From a bacterium (GTDB lineage Bacteria; Krumholzibacteriota; Krumholzibacteriia; Krumholzibacteriales; Krumholzibacteriaceae), in contig CP070727.1 in NCBI GenBank assembly GCA_020350885.1, positions 3,732,738-3,796,737 on the forward strand: a stretch of 64,000 nucleotides of DNA, read 5' to 3'. The notes beneath the pieces are model-generated. The model was not told where the DNA came from and did not search any database. It worked only from the letters and a program-made list of their open reading frames with translations. Position 1 is the first letter of the stretch; each line of letters starts with the position of its first letter. This document shows positions 54,929 through 63,960 of the stretch, piece after piece. Made by a program: the position numbers and the translations under genes.

Positions 54929-55620
54929 TCACCTCCCTGGAACAGCTCGTTCACATCGCCCTCCGTCAATCCGCCTTCCTGAATCGCATCCTCTGTGGTG
55001 ACGGTGTAGCGCATGAACCGATCCTTTGTATTCTCAACGGCCTGCCGCAGACGGGCGTTGTCCTCGTCCGTCTTGCTGTCGATCTCGTTGAGGGCTTCGT
55101 CCTGGAGCTCGGCGGAGAGCTGCCGCGCCCGTTGTGCGACAATCTTCTTCTCCTCGTCACTCATCGAGCCCACGAAATCCAGCGCTGCGGGATCCTTCAC
55201 GAAGTGCGTGACCGCATTGAGCTTGGCCTGCAGCTGGGCGAGCAGCGCAGACCGCCAGATGAGCTCCTTCGGATCGTCGATCCACTTGGAGTCGTCCACG
55301 GAAAAGCGGTCCGCAATGGCTTCGCTGAGCGCTATGAAGCCCTCACCGGTCGGATTGAGGAACACGTTGCCCGTGTAATCCGTGAGTTTTTCGAGAAGAG
55401 CCTTTATCGTGTCCTTACCGAGCTGCTTGGAGAAATCAAGCGAGCCCGTTACCGGACACCGGGCAAAGATGTCGTTTTCGTCCTTGACGCTGTCGAGGAG
55501 GACCATGTCGCTCATCCCCTCGTCGACGCCAACATTGATGTTCTGATCCAGCGCGCCCTCCTCGGCGGCCCTCTCGACCGGGTCGCCTTTTATGATCTGC
55601 GCGCCTTTCTTTCCAGCCAT
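54925..55620 (-). CDS. Possible sheath small subunit (TssB-like)
   Basis: 231 aa acidic protein, ATGA overlap with sheath gene, directly downstream of clpV; no strong motif. Confidence 0.3.
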   Translation of the reverse strand: MAGKKGAQIIKGDPVERAAEEGALDQNINVGVDEGMSDMVLLDSVKDENDIFARCPVTGSLDFSKQLGKDTIKALLEKLTDYTGNVFLNPTGEGFIALSEAIADRFSVDDSKWIDDPKELIWRSALLAQLQAKLNAVTHFVKDPAALDFVGSMSDEEKKIVAQRARQLSAELQDEALNEIDSKTDEDNARLRQAVENTKDRFMRYTVTTEDAIQEGGLTEGDVNELFQGGE

Positions 55621-55646
55621 GTGAAACCTCCAGCATTAATGCCGGC

Positions 55647-57923
55647 TCACTTGACCTTCAGTGAGCCATCGTCTCCAACAAATAACGTATAGCTTCCTCC
55701 GGATGTAATAAGCCCGTTAATGAAACCATCACCAATCACTCGGGATACGGTGCTTTCGACAAGCCGCTGCACGGAACGGGCTCCCGTCGTCCGGCTGTCG
55801 ATCTGTGATATGATCCACTCCATGGTAGCATCTTCGACCGTAATCGTGCATGTCATAATTTCGCTTGTCGATACCTGAGAGATCACGCGATCGATCTCCC
55901 GGCGGGCGATCTTCTTCAGCGTTTCGTTTCCGAGGCGGCCGAACGGAATGATCTCCAGCCGATCGACGAATTCCCGCCGGAACGTCGGACCCTGCTGGTG
56001 GGGATTGTGGGGATCGTGATACTGCAGCAGCAACTCACGGATTGCGGGGCCCTCGAGATCCTCGACATCGGCAAGGGCGTTCGACGTCATGATAAACACC
56101 GAGTTCTTGCAATCGACGATGCGACCGTGGTTATCCGTGAGATGACCATCGCTCAGCACCTGAAGCAGCACATCGAAAACACGGTTGGCACCCTTCTCGA
56201 TCTCATCGAACAGGACCACACTGTACGGATTTTCCATCAGCCGGTTCGTCAACTCGCCGCCCTCGTCATAGCCGACGTATCCCGGCGGCGGCCCGACAAG
56301 GCGCTGGTAGCTCTCGGGCGTTTGAAACTCCGACATGTTGAAGCGCACGAGTGCCCTGGGATTGCCCATGAGATACTCGGCCACCGCCTTGGCCAGCTCT
56401 GTCTTTCCCGTGCCGGGCGGGCCGACACAAATGAACGACACCTTTGTCCTTGAGGGATCGCTCAGGCCCAGGCGGAGGCGCTGGATGGCGCTTGTCATCG
56501 CATTCGTCGCCCGCTTTTGATCATATACGCGGCTTTCCAGGTAATCCTTGAGACCCTTGAGCCGTGCATGCTCCATCTCAGAAAGGCGTGAGATAGGGAT
56601 GCCGGACTCCCGCGAGATCACCTTGAGCACGGTCTCCGTTGTAACGCCGCCGTCGGTTTTCTTACCCGCTTCACTTTCATCGCGCACATTCTGAAAGGCG
56701 GAGTCGAGGATCGATATCGCTTTCGCCGGGAACCGCAGCGAGGGAAGATACCGCTCGCAGTTACTGACGATTGCACTTACTGCATCCTCTTCGATACCGT
56801 ATCCGAAATGTTTCTCGAAACGCGGCAGGTGGGCGCGCAACATATCGAGCGTCTCCTCGCGTGTGGGTTCGTCCACCTTCACAACCTCAAACCGTCGCAC
56901 GAATGCATCGTTCGGACGGATCTTTCCTTCGAAGTCCTTCGTCGTCGTCGCCGTGATCAATTTGAAGGCGCACCGGCTCAGGTAGGGATTGAACAGTCCG
57001 AGGAGATTGCTCGATCCGGTGCTGCCCGGGTCGGCGAGAATATGAACCTCGTCCAGAAAGAGAATGATATCCTTCCGTACGATCGCCGCATCGATGAGCT
57101 GCTGGAGCCGTTCCTCGAGCTGTCCCCTATAGCTCGCCCCGGCGATCAACGACGAGCAGGAGACCGAATATATCTGGCAGCCTTCGAGCCACTTCGGCGC
57201 CTCGTCCGTGCCGAGCCATGCAGCCAGCCCCTCGACGACGGCCGTCTTCCCGACACCCGGATCGCCGATGACCATCGGATTCGGTCGAACGAGACGCCCC
57301 AGGATGCCGGCGATGTGGCGTATCCGGTCCATGCGCGTCTTCGTCAGGTCGAATTCCTTGCTCTTGACGGATTCGGATAGGTTCTCGGCGTACCGGGCAA
57401 GCACATCCTCGAACGTCTTTGCCCCCTTTCCGGATGGAACGGCCTTCGGCGTCGGTGTCTTCGAATCGGTTGTGGCGGCAGCGATTGCCGGATTCACCTT
57501 CGCGAATTCCAGATATACCTCGTCGATCGAGAACGGGGCGGTCCGCAGTTCGCTGGAGACGAATCCGAGACCGGTGCTCAGCATCGACTCGACGATGTCG
57601 TATTCGTTCAAGAGGCGCTCGAATTCCCGTCCCTTTGCAACCAGATCACTCGCGGTGGCGGCCTCGAGGATCGGTTCGGTCGTGCCAGAGTATCGGGTCG
57701 TTGCCTTCTCGGCAATCGGGAGGCACCAGCTCACCGCCTCTTCGGGGTCGGCGCCGGTGCGCAGAAGGGCATTGTCTATGAGACCGCTCTCGAGTGCGAC
57801 GAGAAGCATCTGCGGTCCGCGGAAGTATCGCTGCCCGAATGCGACAGCCCTCTCCCGGGCCTTCTCGACGAGGCCGAGACCGCTCTCGTCAAGCCAGTGG
57901 TTGACATCGGAAAATGTCGGCAT
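55647..57923 (-). CDS. clpV: ClpV/ClpB-like double-ring AAA+ ATPase (T6SS TssH)
   Basis: 758 aa; D1 Walker A GDPGVGKTAVVEGLA, Walker B ILFLDEVH; D2 Walker A GPPGTGKTELAKAVA, Walker B VVLFDEIEKG, sensor/Arg finger regions; lacks long ClpB middle domain. Confidence 0.8.
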   Translation of the reverse strand: MPTFSDVNHWLDESGLGLVEKARERAVAFGQRYFRGPQMLLVALESGLIDNALLRTGADPEEAVSWCLPIAEKATTRYSGTTEPILEAATASDLVAKGREFERLLNEYDIVESMLSTGLGFVSSELRTAPFSIDEVYLEFAKVNPAIAAATTDSKTPTPKAVPSGKGAKTFEDVLARYAENLSESVKSKEFDLTKTRMDRIRHIAGILGRLVRPNPMVIGDPGVGKTAVVEGLAAWLGTDEAPKWLEGCQIYSVSCSSLIAGASYRGQLEERLQQLIDAAIVRKDIILFLDEVHILADPGSTGSSNLLGLFNPYLSRCAFKLITATTTKDFEGKIRPNDAFVRRFEVVKVDEPTREETLDMLRAHLPRFEKHFGYGIEEDAVSAIVSNCERYLPSLRFPAKAISILDSAFQNVRDESEAGKKTDGGVTTETVLKVISRESGIPISRLSEMEHARLKGLKDYLESRVYDQKRATNAMTSAIQRLRLGLSDPSRTKVSFICVGPPGTGKTELAKAVAEYLMGNPRALVRFNMSEFQTPESYQRLVGPPPGYVGYDEGGELTNRLMENPYSVVLFDEIEKGANRVFDVLLQVLSDGHLTDNHGRIVDCKNSVFIMTSNALADVEDLEGPAIRELLLQYHDPHNPHQQGPTFRREFVDRLEIIPFGRLGNETLKKIARREIDRVISQVSTSEIMTCTITVEDATMEWIISQIDSRTTGARSVQRLVESTVSRVIGDGFINGLITSGGSYTLFVGDDGSLKVK

Positions 57924-58019
57924 GCGCTACTCCCGTTCGAGTTCGATTCAGAGCTCCGGCACCACAAATCTTGCGCTACGATGCTGCTTGTGACTGCTCT
58001 CGACGGATGAGCTCGTCTA

Positions 58020-59000
58020 TTAGAATTTCACTTTTATAGCCATTGAACGGGGACCCGGCTCGAAGCGAACAGCCAGCGCTTCATCCGAGCGACCGTCATC
58101 CGACTTGCTGAGAAACGGCACGCCCTTGCCGCGGAAGTACCTGTAGATCAGAACGCTTGTCACGACGGCCGATACACCCGTTACGATCCACAGCACCGTT
58201 GACGTACCATCGTCGTCCGTTGACGCCGCCCAGGCTGCCGCGCCGCCGGTGACCGCCAGGCCGCCCAACGGCCATAGTATGCTCATTCTCCCGGAAAATA
58301 CCAACGGTACCGCCGTTGTCAGGCCGTGTTTCTTGTCACTGATAATGAGAGTACCGGATTGGTTTCCCCCCTTGAGGGCCGAGACGACGATCTTGCTACC
58401 CTCGGATCTGGCCGTTCCGCTTCCCTTGGGTTTTACCTCTATGCTGAAATTCGGGGAAAGCGACGTGAGTTGGATGTTCTCACTATTGATATACGTGGCG
58501 GTGAATACCGCCTCCTGCTGCTTCGTGATGGTCGCCTTTTTCGGATTCGTCGTGATACCCTTCGGTTTGTAGAAGCGGTTGAGTTGATTCGATACTGCCG
58601 ACTTATTACGCTCGCTCCAGGTGAATCCCTTGACCGCCCTCGCGGCCCCCTCGCTCCCTGCTCCTGCCATGATCTTCCACAGGAGCGGCTCGAGTTTGTA
58701 GTCGGTATCCTTGTGCAAGTTGTTCGCGAAATAGTGATCGACGACGGGGAGTATGTAGTCGTTCCAGACCGTGGAACTCTTCTTGTAATTACCGGTCTCG
58801 ACCACCTTCACCAGACACGGGAAGGTGGGCTTGTATTGGGCCTTGACAAGATATCCCTCATGAATGAGCTTCGGTGTTTTAAGTTTATCGCAGGGATCGT
58901 CCTCCTGCTGTGTAACGGCACCTGAGGGTGAACTCACACAGACGAGCAACATCGTCATGGAGATACAGATCCACACGCGTGTCGGGCAAACAAACCTCAT
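58020..59000 (-). CDS. Membrane-anchored protein (signal peptide + C-terminal TM), candidate T6SS membrane-complex component
   Basis: 326 aa; N-terminal signal, C-terminal helix VLWIVTGVSAVVTSVLIY; overlaps next gene by 4 nt. Confidence 0.35.
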   Translation of the reverse strand: MRFVCPTRVWICISMTMLLVCVSSPSGAVTQQEDDPCDKLKTPKLIHEGYLVKAQYKPTFPCLVKVVETGNYKKSSTVWNDYILPVVDHYFANNLHKDTDYKLEPLLWKIMAGAGSEGAARAVKGFTWSERNKSAVSNQLNRFYKPKGITTNPKKATITKQQEAVFTATYINSENIQLTSLSPNFSIEVKPKGSGTARSEGSKIVVSALKGGNQSGTLIISDKKHGLTTAVPLVFSGRMSILWPLGGLAVTGGAAAWAASTDDDGTSTVLWIVTGVSAVVTSVLIYRYFRGKGVPFLSKSDDGRSDEALAVRFEPGPRSMAIKVKF

Positions 59001-60238
59001 TGATTCCCCCCTGTATTATAACGAAGCGTGATGGTGGCATCGATAGTATCGGCCACGACAAAGATGAAGTCGCTCTTCTTCGTGACACCGCCCATACCGG
59101 GATCGGAGCTCAGGAACAGCTCGTCACTCAGCTTGAACTTGAACTCGTATTCTCCTGGTACCAGATCGAAATGCCAGCTCACTTCACCCGTCAACGAGTA
59201 CTCGAAGCCATTGAATAGTAACGGAATCTGAAGATTCTCATAGCCACTTGCTCCAGCGTAGCCGACAACCGTTACCGAGGTCGTATCGACAACAGTCGCC
59301 GAATCCGGCATTGCCGGAGGCAGCGGCTCGGTCCACATGCTGTCGGACTCGCTGATCCCCCCTTGAACCGCCCTCTCGAGAACCATGGCATGCTTTCGAA
59401 TCGGTTCTTCACGCGGGAAGATGTAGACGGTGTGCGATCCCTTCTCGAGACTTGCAGTTGGTTTTCCGTCTACCAATGGTACGAACTCCGCGGCACCATT
59501 GACCTTGACATTGCATTCGTAGGGTGCATCGAAGGTCACCCTGAAGCTCGGTACGTCGGTTCTCCACAAGAAGATCACGAGGAGAATGGCAACGATGCCC
59601 AGCGTGATCGCATAGCCCGTGAAGGGTCCTCTCGGTCCATAAAAGAAACATGGCGGCCAATCGAACCAGATCCGTGGCTTGACATCGACCTCGAGATCCG
59701 TCTCGAATCCCTGCTCGGCGAGGCTCAGATTCGGCTGGATCTTCTTTTTGGGGGCTCTCAGCTCAAACTGTTTTACGTTTTTAATTTCTTTACCGTAGAA
59801 TTTGTGTTTTCCGCTTATCTCGCCAAGCTTTTCCTCGATCTGGCCGATGAGCTGCTCGCTCGGGCTTACGGCTACGGTCTCCTTGATACTCAGCGTCTTG
59901 CGCCTGCCGAAGTATATCTTCCGCTGATCATCCGGATCATCGGCCTTGATTCGCATGGACAGGTTTATCTGGGAGGCAAGGTACCGCACTACTATCTCAT
60001 CGTGTTCATTGATACCGGGTGCGGCCTGCTGGACGGGAAGCTTCAGATTCAGGCGGACGCCCTTGTGCTCGACGATGACATTCTGTGCGGTGGCTTCCGG
60101 ATGCAACAGCCCTTTTTCTATGGCCTTCGGGACGATACGGGCAAGGTTTTCCTCGATGGTGACGTTGTCCTCGAATGTCGTAAACGCCTTCCGATCGTTC
60201 CCGGCAGCATCCCTATATACGATCCTGTATGTTCCCAT
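58997..60238 (-). CDS. Bitopic membrane protein, candidate T6SS membrane-complex component
   Basis: 413 aa; central TM FTGYAITLGIVAILLVIFLW; in operon between TssK-like and membrane protein genes. Confidence 0.35.
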   Translation of the reverse strand: MGTYRIVYRDAAGNDRKAFTTFEDNVTIEENLARIVPKAIEKGLLHPEATAQNVIVEHKGVRLNLKLPVQQAAPGINEHDEIVVRYLASQINLSMRIKADDPDDQRKIYFGRRKTLSIKETVAVSPSEQLIGQIEEKLGEISGKHKFYGKEIKNVKQFELRAPKKKIQPNLSLAEQGFETDLEVDVKPRIWFDWPPCFFYGPRGPFTGYAITLGIVAILLVIFLWRTDVPSFRVTFDAPYECNVKVNGAAEFVPLVDGKPTASLEKGSHTVYIFPREEPIRKHAMVLERAVQGGISESDSMWTEPLPPAMPDSATVVDTTSVTVVGYAGASGYENLQIPLLFNGFEYSLTGEVSWHFDLVPGEYEFKFKLSDELFLSSDPGMGGVTKKSDFIFVVADTIDATITLRYNTGGNQ

Positions 60239-60267
60239 CCCAATATGCCTCTCGTTACAGCGTGCAC

Positions 60268-61365
60268 CTAGATTATATCCAAGTCCTCGATGATTTGCTG
60301 AAGCTGTTCGATCGATCTACTGAGCAACGGTTCGGTATTGATGCAGAGATCTTCCCAGGTCAATCCCTTGAGATCCGGCCGTCTTGCGTAAAACTTCGGC
60401 AGATTGTCCTCACCGTATGCACGTGCGAAGTACCGCTCGTGCCAATCGGAAAGCGGATACATCAAATCGTAGAACAATGTCGCCGCGCTGATCTGCGGCA
60501 GATGGTGGATCAGCCCCAGCTTTGCGAGTAGAAACGTTCGCAATACGAGAATGTCCATGGCCTTGAAGAGTAGCTCGCTGTCCAGCTCCCCTATCAGGGC
60601 CTTGGTCTGTTCCGTCCGTTTCCGCGACACCTCCGATAAGAGTGTATTGAACAACCTCGACAGGTTATCGATATCGCCGCCGAATGCACGGGCATGCTCC
60701 AATCGCAAGACCGGCGGCACGTAATCCTCACGCAGCTTGATCTCGGGGCCGGCATTCTCGAGAAGCCCGAGCGCGACGAAGTCCACGAATGCATTGTGGA
60801 TATTTGACTTGTATTGGGATACCTCGATGAGTTCCAGTCCTACTGCGGGATATGCGAGCTCGATCTCCTCTGAACCCGCCGCCACACCCTCTTGCTGCAG
60901 GAACCGCCCTACCTGGTAATCGACCTTGAGACCGCGCCTGGTCTCCGGCCGGCCGGCTACGACATACTCACCGGGCGGAAAGCTATCCTTTTTCTGCACG
61001 ACCTTGAGATGCGGCATCGGCCACCCGAGGCGTTTCCCGCCGCTCTCGACACCGATGAATAGCTGTCCGTTGGGGGTCAGGGCCTTGATGGTCCGTGGTA
61101 TCTTGAAGGTGATCCCGACGGTCTGCTCCTGATGGTTAACCTCCGTGATCTCGATGGGCTGCATGCGCGCCCCGACCGATGTATCCACATCTATGATACC
61201 AGGTTGCCTCATGTGGAGACGCTGCGTCTCGGCGAAGAGATGATTCGACCGCTGGTCGGCATGGGAGAAATGAATCTCGTTGACCAGGAGGCCGTCGTAC
61301 CAGTTCACACCCAAGAGCTTCTCGATACTGTCACGAATCATAGTTTCCCTCTGCCGCTCTGACAT
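60268..61365 (-). CDS. tssK: TssK-like baseplate protein (short form)
   Basis: 365 aa; N-terminal NWYDGLLVNEIHFSHADQ resembling TssK N-terminal LWEDGxxLxPQHFQQ shoulder-domain motif; first gene of the operon. Confidence 0.4.
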   Translation of the reverse strand: MSERQRETMIRDSIEKLLGVNWYDGLLVNEIHFSHADQRSNHLFAETQRLHMRQPGIIDVDTSVGARMQPIEITEVNHQEQTVGITFKIPRTIKALTPNGQLFIGVESGGKRLGWPMPHLKVVQKKDSFPPGEYVVAGRPETRRGLKVDYQVGRFLQQEGVAAGSEEIELAYPAVGLELIEVSQYKSNIHNAFVDFVALGLLENAGPEIKLREDYVPPVLRLEHARAFGGDIDNLSRLFNTLLSEVSRKRTEQTKALIGELDSELLFKAMDILVLRTFLLAKLGLIHHLPQISAATLFYDLMYPLSDWHERYFARAYGEDNLPKFYARRPDLKGLTWEDLCINTEPLLSRSIEQLQQIIEDLDII

Positions 61366-61546
61366 ACACTAATCCCTCGGCACGCCCAACGTGCCCAGGC
61401 TAGGAATTTTCGAGGATATCCTAGTTTTCAACATAAGTAATGTCAAGACATAAGTTGACGTGTCAACACTTTTTATACCGTTCTACCATGCGGACAATTC
61501 ATACAATGATTCCACCGGTAAATCGATACAGGTTCGGGTGCATTAT

Positions 61547-62212
61547 TCACGCCGGCGCCTCGGTTTCCCGGTTGGTTCCACGATACGGCTGAATACGCTC
61601 GATAACTTTCCGGGCGGATTCATCGACCGGCTCCTCCCCGTCTATGATCAGATCAGCATATTGTATAACCGGCTCGACGTACTTCCGGTACATCGGAACA
61701 ACTGTTTGTTCCCACTGCTTGCGGACACCGGCAGGGGTACGCCCCCGCTCCCTCGTATCCCGTTCGATTCGCCGTGTAAGGCAGGTATCGAAGCTGCATT
61801 CCACGAATATCTTGAGATTCATCAATGCCCGGATATCCTCCCGGTAGAGCGCGTGCAGCCCCTCGACGATCACGATGGGGCTCCCTCCATGAGACCCGCT
61901 GAGACGGTTCCGTATTCTCAGGCTGCTCGGCACCCTCGTGTGGGTGGCGAAATCATAGACGGGTACGAGCACCTCGTCTCCTGCCAGGAGCGAGCGCAGG
62001 TGCTCTGCCAGCAGCTCGAAATCAACCGCCCCGGGAAGATCGAAATTCTGCCTGGCCCGCTCTTCTTCTTTCAGATGCGCGAGGTCGAAATAGTACGAAT
62101 CGATCTGGACGATTACCGTTTCCCGCCCCTCGAGCCCGCCGGCAACCGCCCCGGCCAACCCCGTCTTCCCCGAACAGGACCCGCCAGCTATGCCGATTAC
62201 AAATGGCTGCAT
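61547..62212 (-). CDS. udk: Uridine kinase / PRK-family nucleoside kinase
   Basis: 221 aa; Walker A VIGIAGGSCSGKT, DSYY, later lid motifs typical of uridine kinase. Confidence 0.75.
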   Translation of the reverse strand: MQPFVIGIAGGSCSGKTGLAGAVAGGLEGRETVIVQIDSYYFDLAHLKEEERARQNFDLPGAVDFELLAEHLRSLLAGDEVLVPVYDFATHTRVPSSLRIRNRLSGSHGGSPIVIVEGLHALYREDIRALMNLKIFVECSFDTCLTRRIERDTRERGRTPAGVRKQWEQTVVPMYRKYVEPVIQYADLIIDGEEPVDESARKVIERIQPYRGTNRETEAPA

Positions 62213-62428
62213 ACCGTCATATACCTCTTCCGAAAGACGAACACTGCAGGTTCGGACGCATACTGAAACATATCTTTGATAACCTCTCCGATGTGGGCAT
62301 CATAGACGCTGTTACGTGGATTTAATAGAGATTTCTGTATGGGTTTATTCCATGATACAAGGAATCGCGTAGGATCAGAAGATGGTATTCCCACCATTAC
62401 TGGTTCGGAGATTCAATCGCGTATCCCC

Positions 62429-62457
62429 TTGACCCGCGTTAGAAATTTCTGTTATAT
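62429..62457 (+). promoter_or_regulatory. Sigma70-like promoter TTGACC-N17-TTATAT upstream of a ~170-nt leader preceding saccharopine dehydrogenase genes
   Basis: TTGACC 62429-62434, TTATAT 62452-62457; same -35 hexamer as the precursor-peptide promoter. Confidence 0.35.
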
Positions 62458-62635
62458 TCCACTATAGAAAAATCGGGGTGGGTACATGGAGTGGACATAC
62501 TGGAGGACCAGCGGAGCAGCCTGGCCACTTAAAGTAAATATTAACAACACATTAAGAGACTACCGCTGAGGGTGAATAACGTGAAACGCCTCGAGGGTGA
62601 TCCCACGAACGAGTAGCTGAAAAACATCTATCGAC

Positions 62636-63937
62636 ATGGCAGACGTCATCGGAATCAGGCGGGAAGATAAGAGTGTGTGGGAACGCCGCACACCCCTCAT
62701 CCCCGAGCATGTGCGTGATCTCATGAATGAGGGGGTCGGCGTCGTCGTGCAGCCCTCCGAGATACGCATCTTCCGGGAGCCGGAGTACGAGACGGTGGGG
62801 GCGCGTATCGACGAGGATCTCTCAGATTGCAAGGTCATCTTCGGTATCAAGGAGATCCCCGAGAAGCTCTTTCGCAAGGGCGGCACGTATGTCTTCTTCT
62901 CGCACACGATCAAGGGCCAGGATTACAACATGCCGATGCTCAGGCGGATGATGGAGCTCGGCTGTAACCTCATCGACTACGAGCGGGTGGTAGATGGGGA
63001 GAACCAGCGCCTCATCTTCTTCGGCCGCCAGGCGGGGCAGGCCGGCATGATCGAGTCGATCACGGCTTACGGTCAACGGCTCGAGCTCGACGGCATCCCG
63101 AATCCCTTCACAGCCCTCAAGCGCCCCCTCGAGTACGAATCCCTCTCCGAGATCAAGGTCGCCCTCGACGTGCTCGGCCTCTGGATCCACTCCAGCGGGC
63201 TGCCCGAGGAGATAGTACCCATGACGGTCGGAATCACGGGCTACGGAAACGTATCGATCGGCGCCCAGGAGATGCTCGATATCCTTCCCGTCACGGAGAT
63301 CGCCCCGCAGGAGCTCGCCACTCTCACAAAGGATACGCCGGACGCCAGTCACACGATCTTCAAGATCATCTTCAAGGAAAAGGACATGGTCCGGCCGAAA
63401 AAGGCCGGCACCGCCTTCGAGCTCCAGGACTACTACGACCACCCGGAGAAGTACGATGGCGTCTTCGAGGAATACCTCCCCTACCTCACGATGCTCGTAA
63501 ACTGCATCTTCTGGACACCCGACTATCCGCGTCTCCTGACCAAACAGTACATAAAGGATCACTGGCCCGGTATGAAGCTTACGATCGTCGGTGACATAAG
63601 CTGCGATCCGGACGGATCGATCGAGGCGACCTACAAGCCCACAGAGCCGGGAGACCCGAACTACGTCTACGAACCGGCCACCGACCGGTACATCGACGGC
63701 GTCCAGGGCGACGGACCGGTCATCATGGCCGTCGACATACTCCCCTCGGAGATCCCGCGGGACAGCTCGATCTACTTCAGCGGTGTGCTCAGGGAATACA
63801 TACCGGCCATCGCGAAGGCGGACTACATGGCCCCCTTCGAGGAGCTCGATCTGCCAGATCCGATCAAGCGGGCAGTGATCCTCTACCACGGACGGCTCAC
63901 CCCTGAATACGAATACATTAAGGAGTTCCTGAAATAA
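62636..63937 (+). CDS. Saccharopine dehydrogenase (L-lysine-forming) / lysine-ketoglutarate reductase-like (AlaDH/PNT family)
   Basis: 433 aa; AlaDh_PNT N- and C-domain pattern, Rossmann GITGYGNVSIG, size and motifs match LKR-type saccharopine dehydrogenases. Confidence 0.7.
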   Translation: MADVIGIRREDKSVWERRTPLIPEHVRDLMNEGVGVVVQPSEIRIFREPEYETVGARIDEDLSDCKVIFGIKEIPEKLFRKGGTYVFFSHTIKGQDYNMPMLRRMMELGCNLIDYERVVDGENQRLIFFGRQAGQAGMIESITAYGQRLELDGIPNPFTALKRPLEYESLSEIKVALDVLGLWIHSSGLPEEIVPMTVGITGYGNVSIGAQEMLDILPVTEIAPQELATLTKDTPDASHTIFKIIFKEKDMVRPKKAGTAFELQDYYDHPEKYDGVFEEYLPYLTMLVNCIFWTPDYPRLLTKQYIKDHWPGMKLTIVGDISCDPDGSIEATYKPTEPGDPNYVYEPATDRYIDGVQGDGPVIMAVDILPSEIPRDSSIYFSGVLREYIPAIAKADYMAPFEELDLPDPIKRAVILYHGRLTPEYEYIKEFLK

Positions 63938-63960
63938 TCCGAATCCACAGAAGACGGAGG

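Noticed and set aside
54966-55636. Several 60-120-aa ORFs in alternate frames within the T6SS sheath and ClpV region
   Set aside because: They are nested in or antisense to long motif-bearing genes. Their Arg-rich composition is typical of out-of-frame translation in GC-rich DNA.
62486-62569. Reading 62470-62560 as an SRP (4.5S) RNA or lysine riboswitch
   Set aside because: GGACCAGCGGAGCAGCC loosely resembles the SRP helix-8 GGUCCGGAAGGAAGCAGCC, but it lacks the GNRA tetraloop and flanking helices. No L-box blocks (AGAGGCGC, GGAAAGGG, GCCGAAG) are present. I kept it only as an uncharacterised leader.
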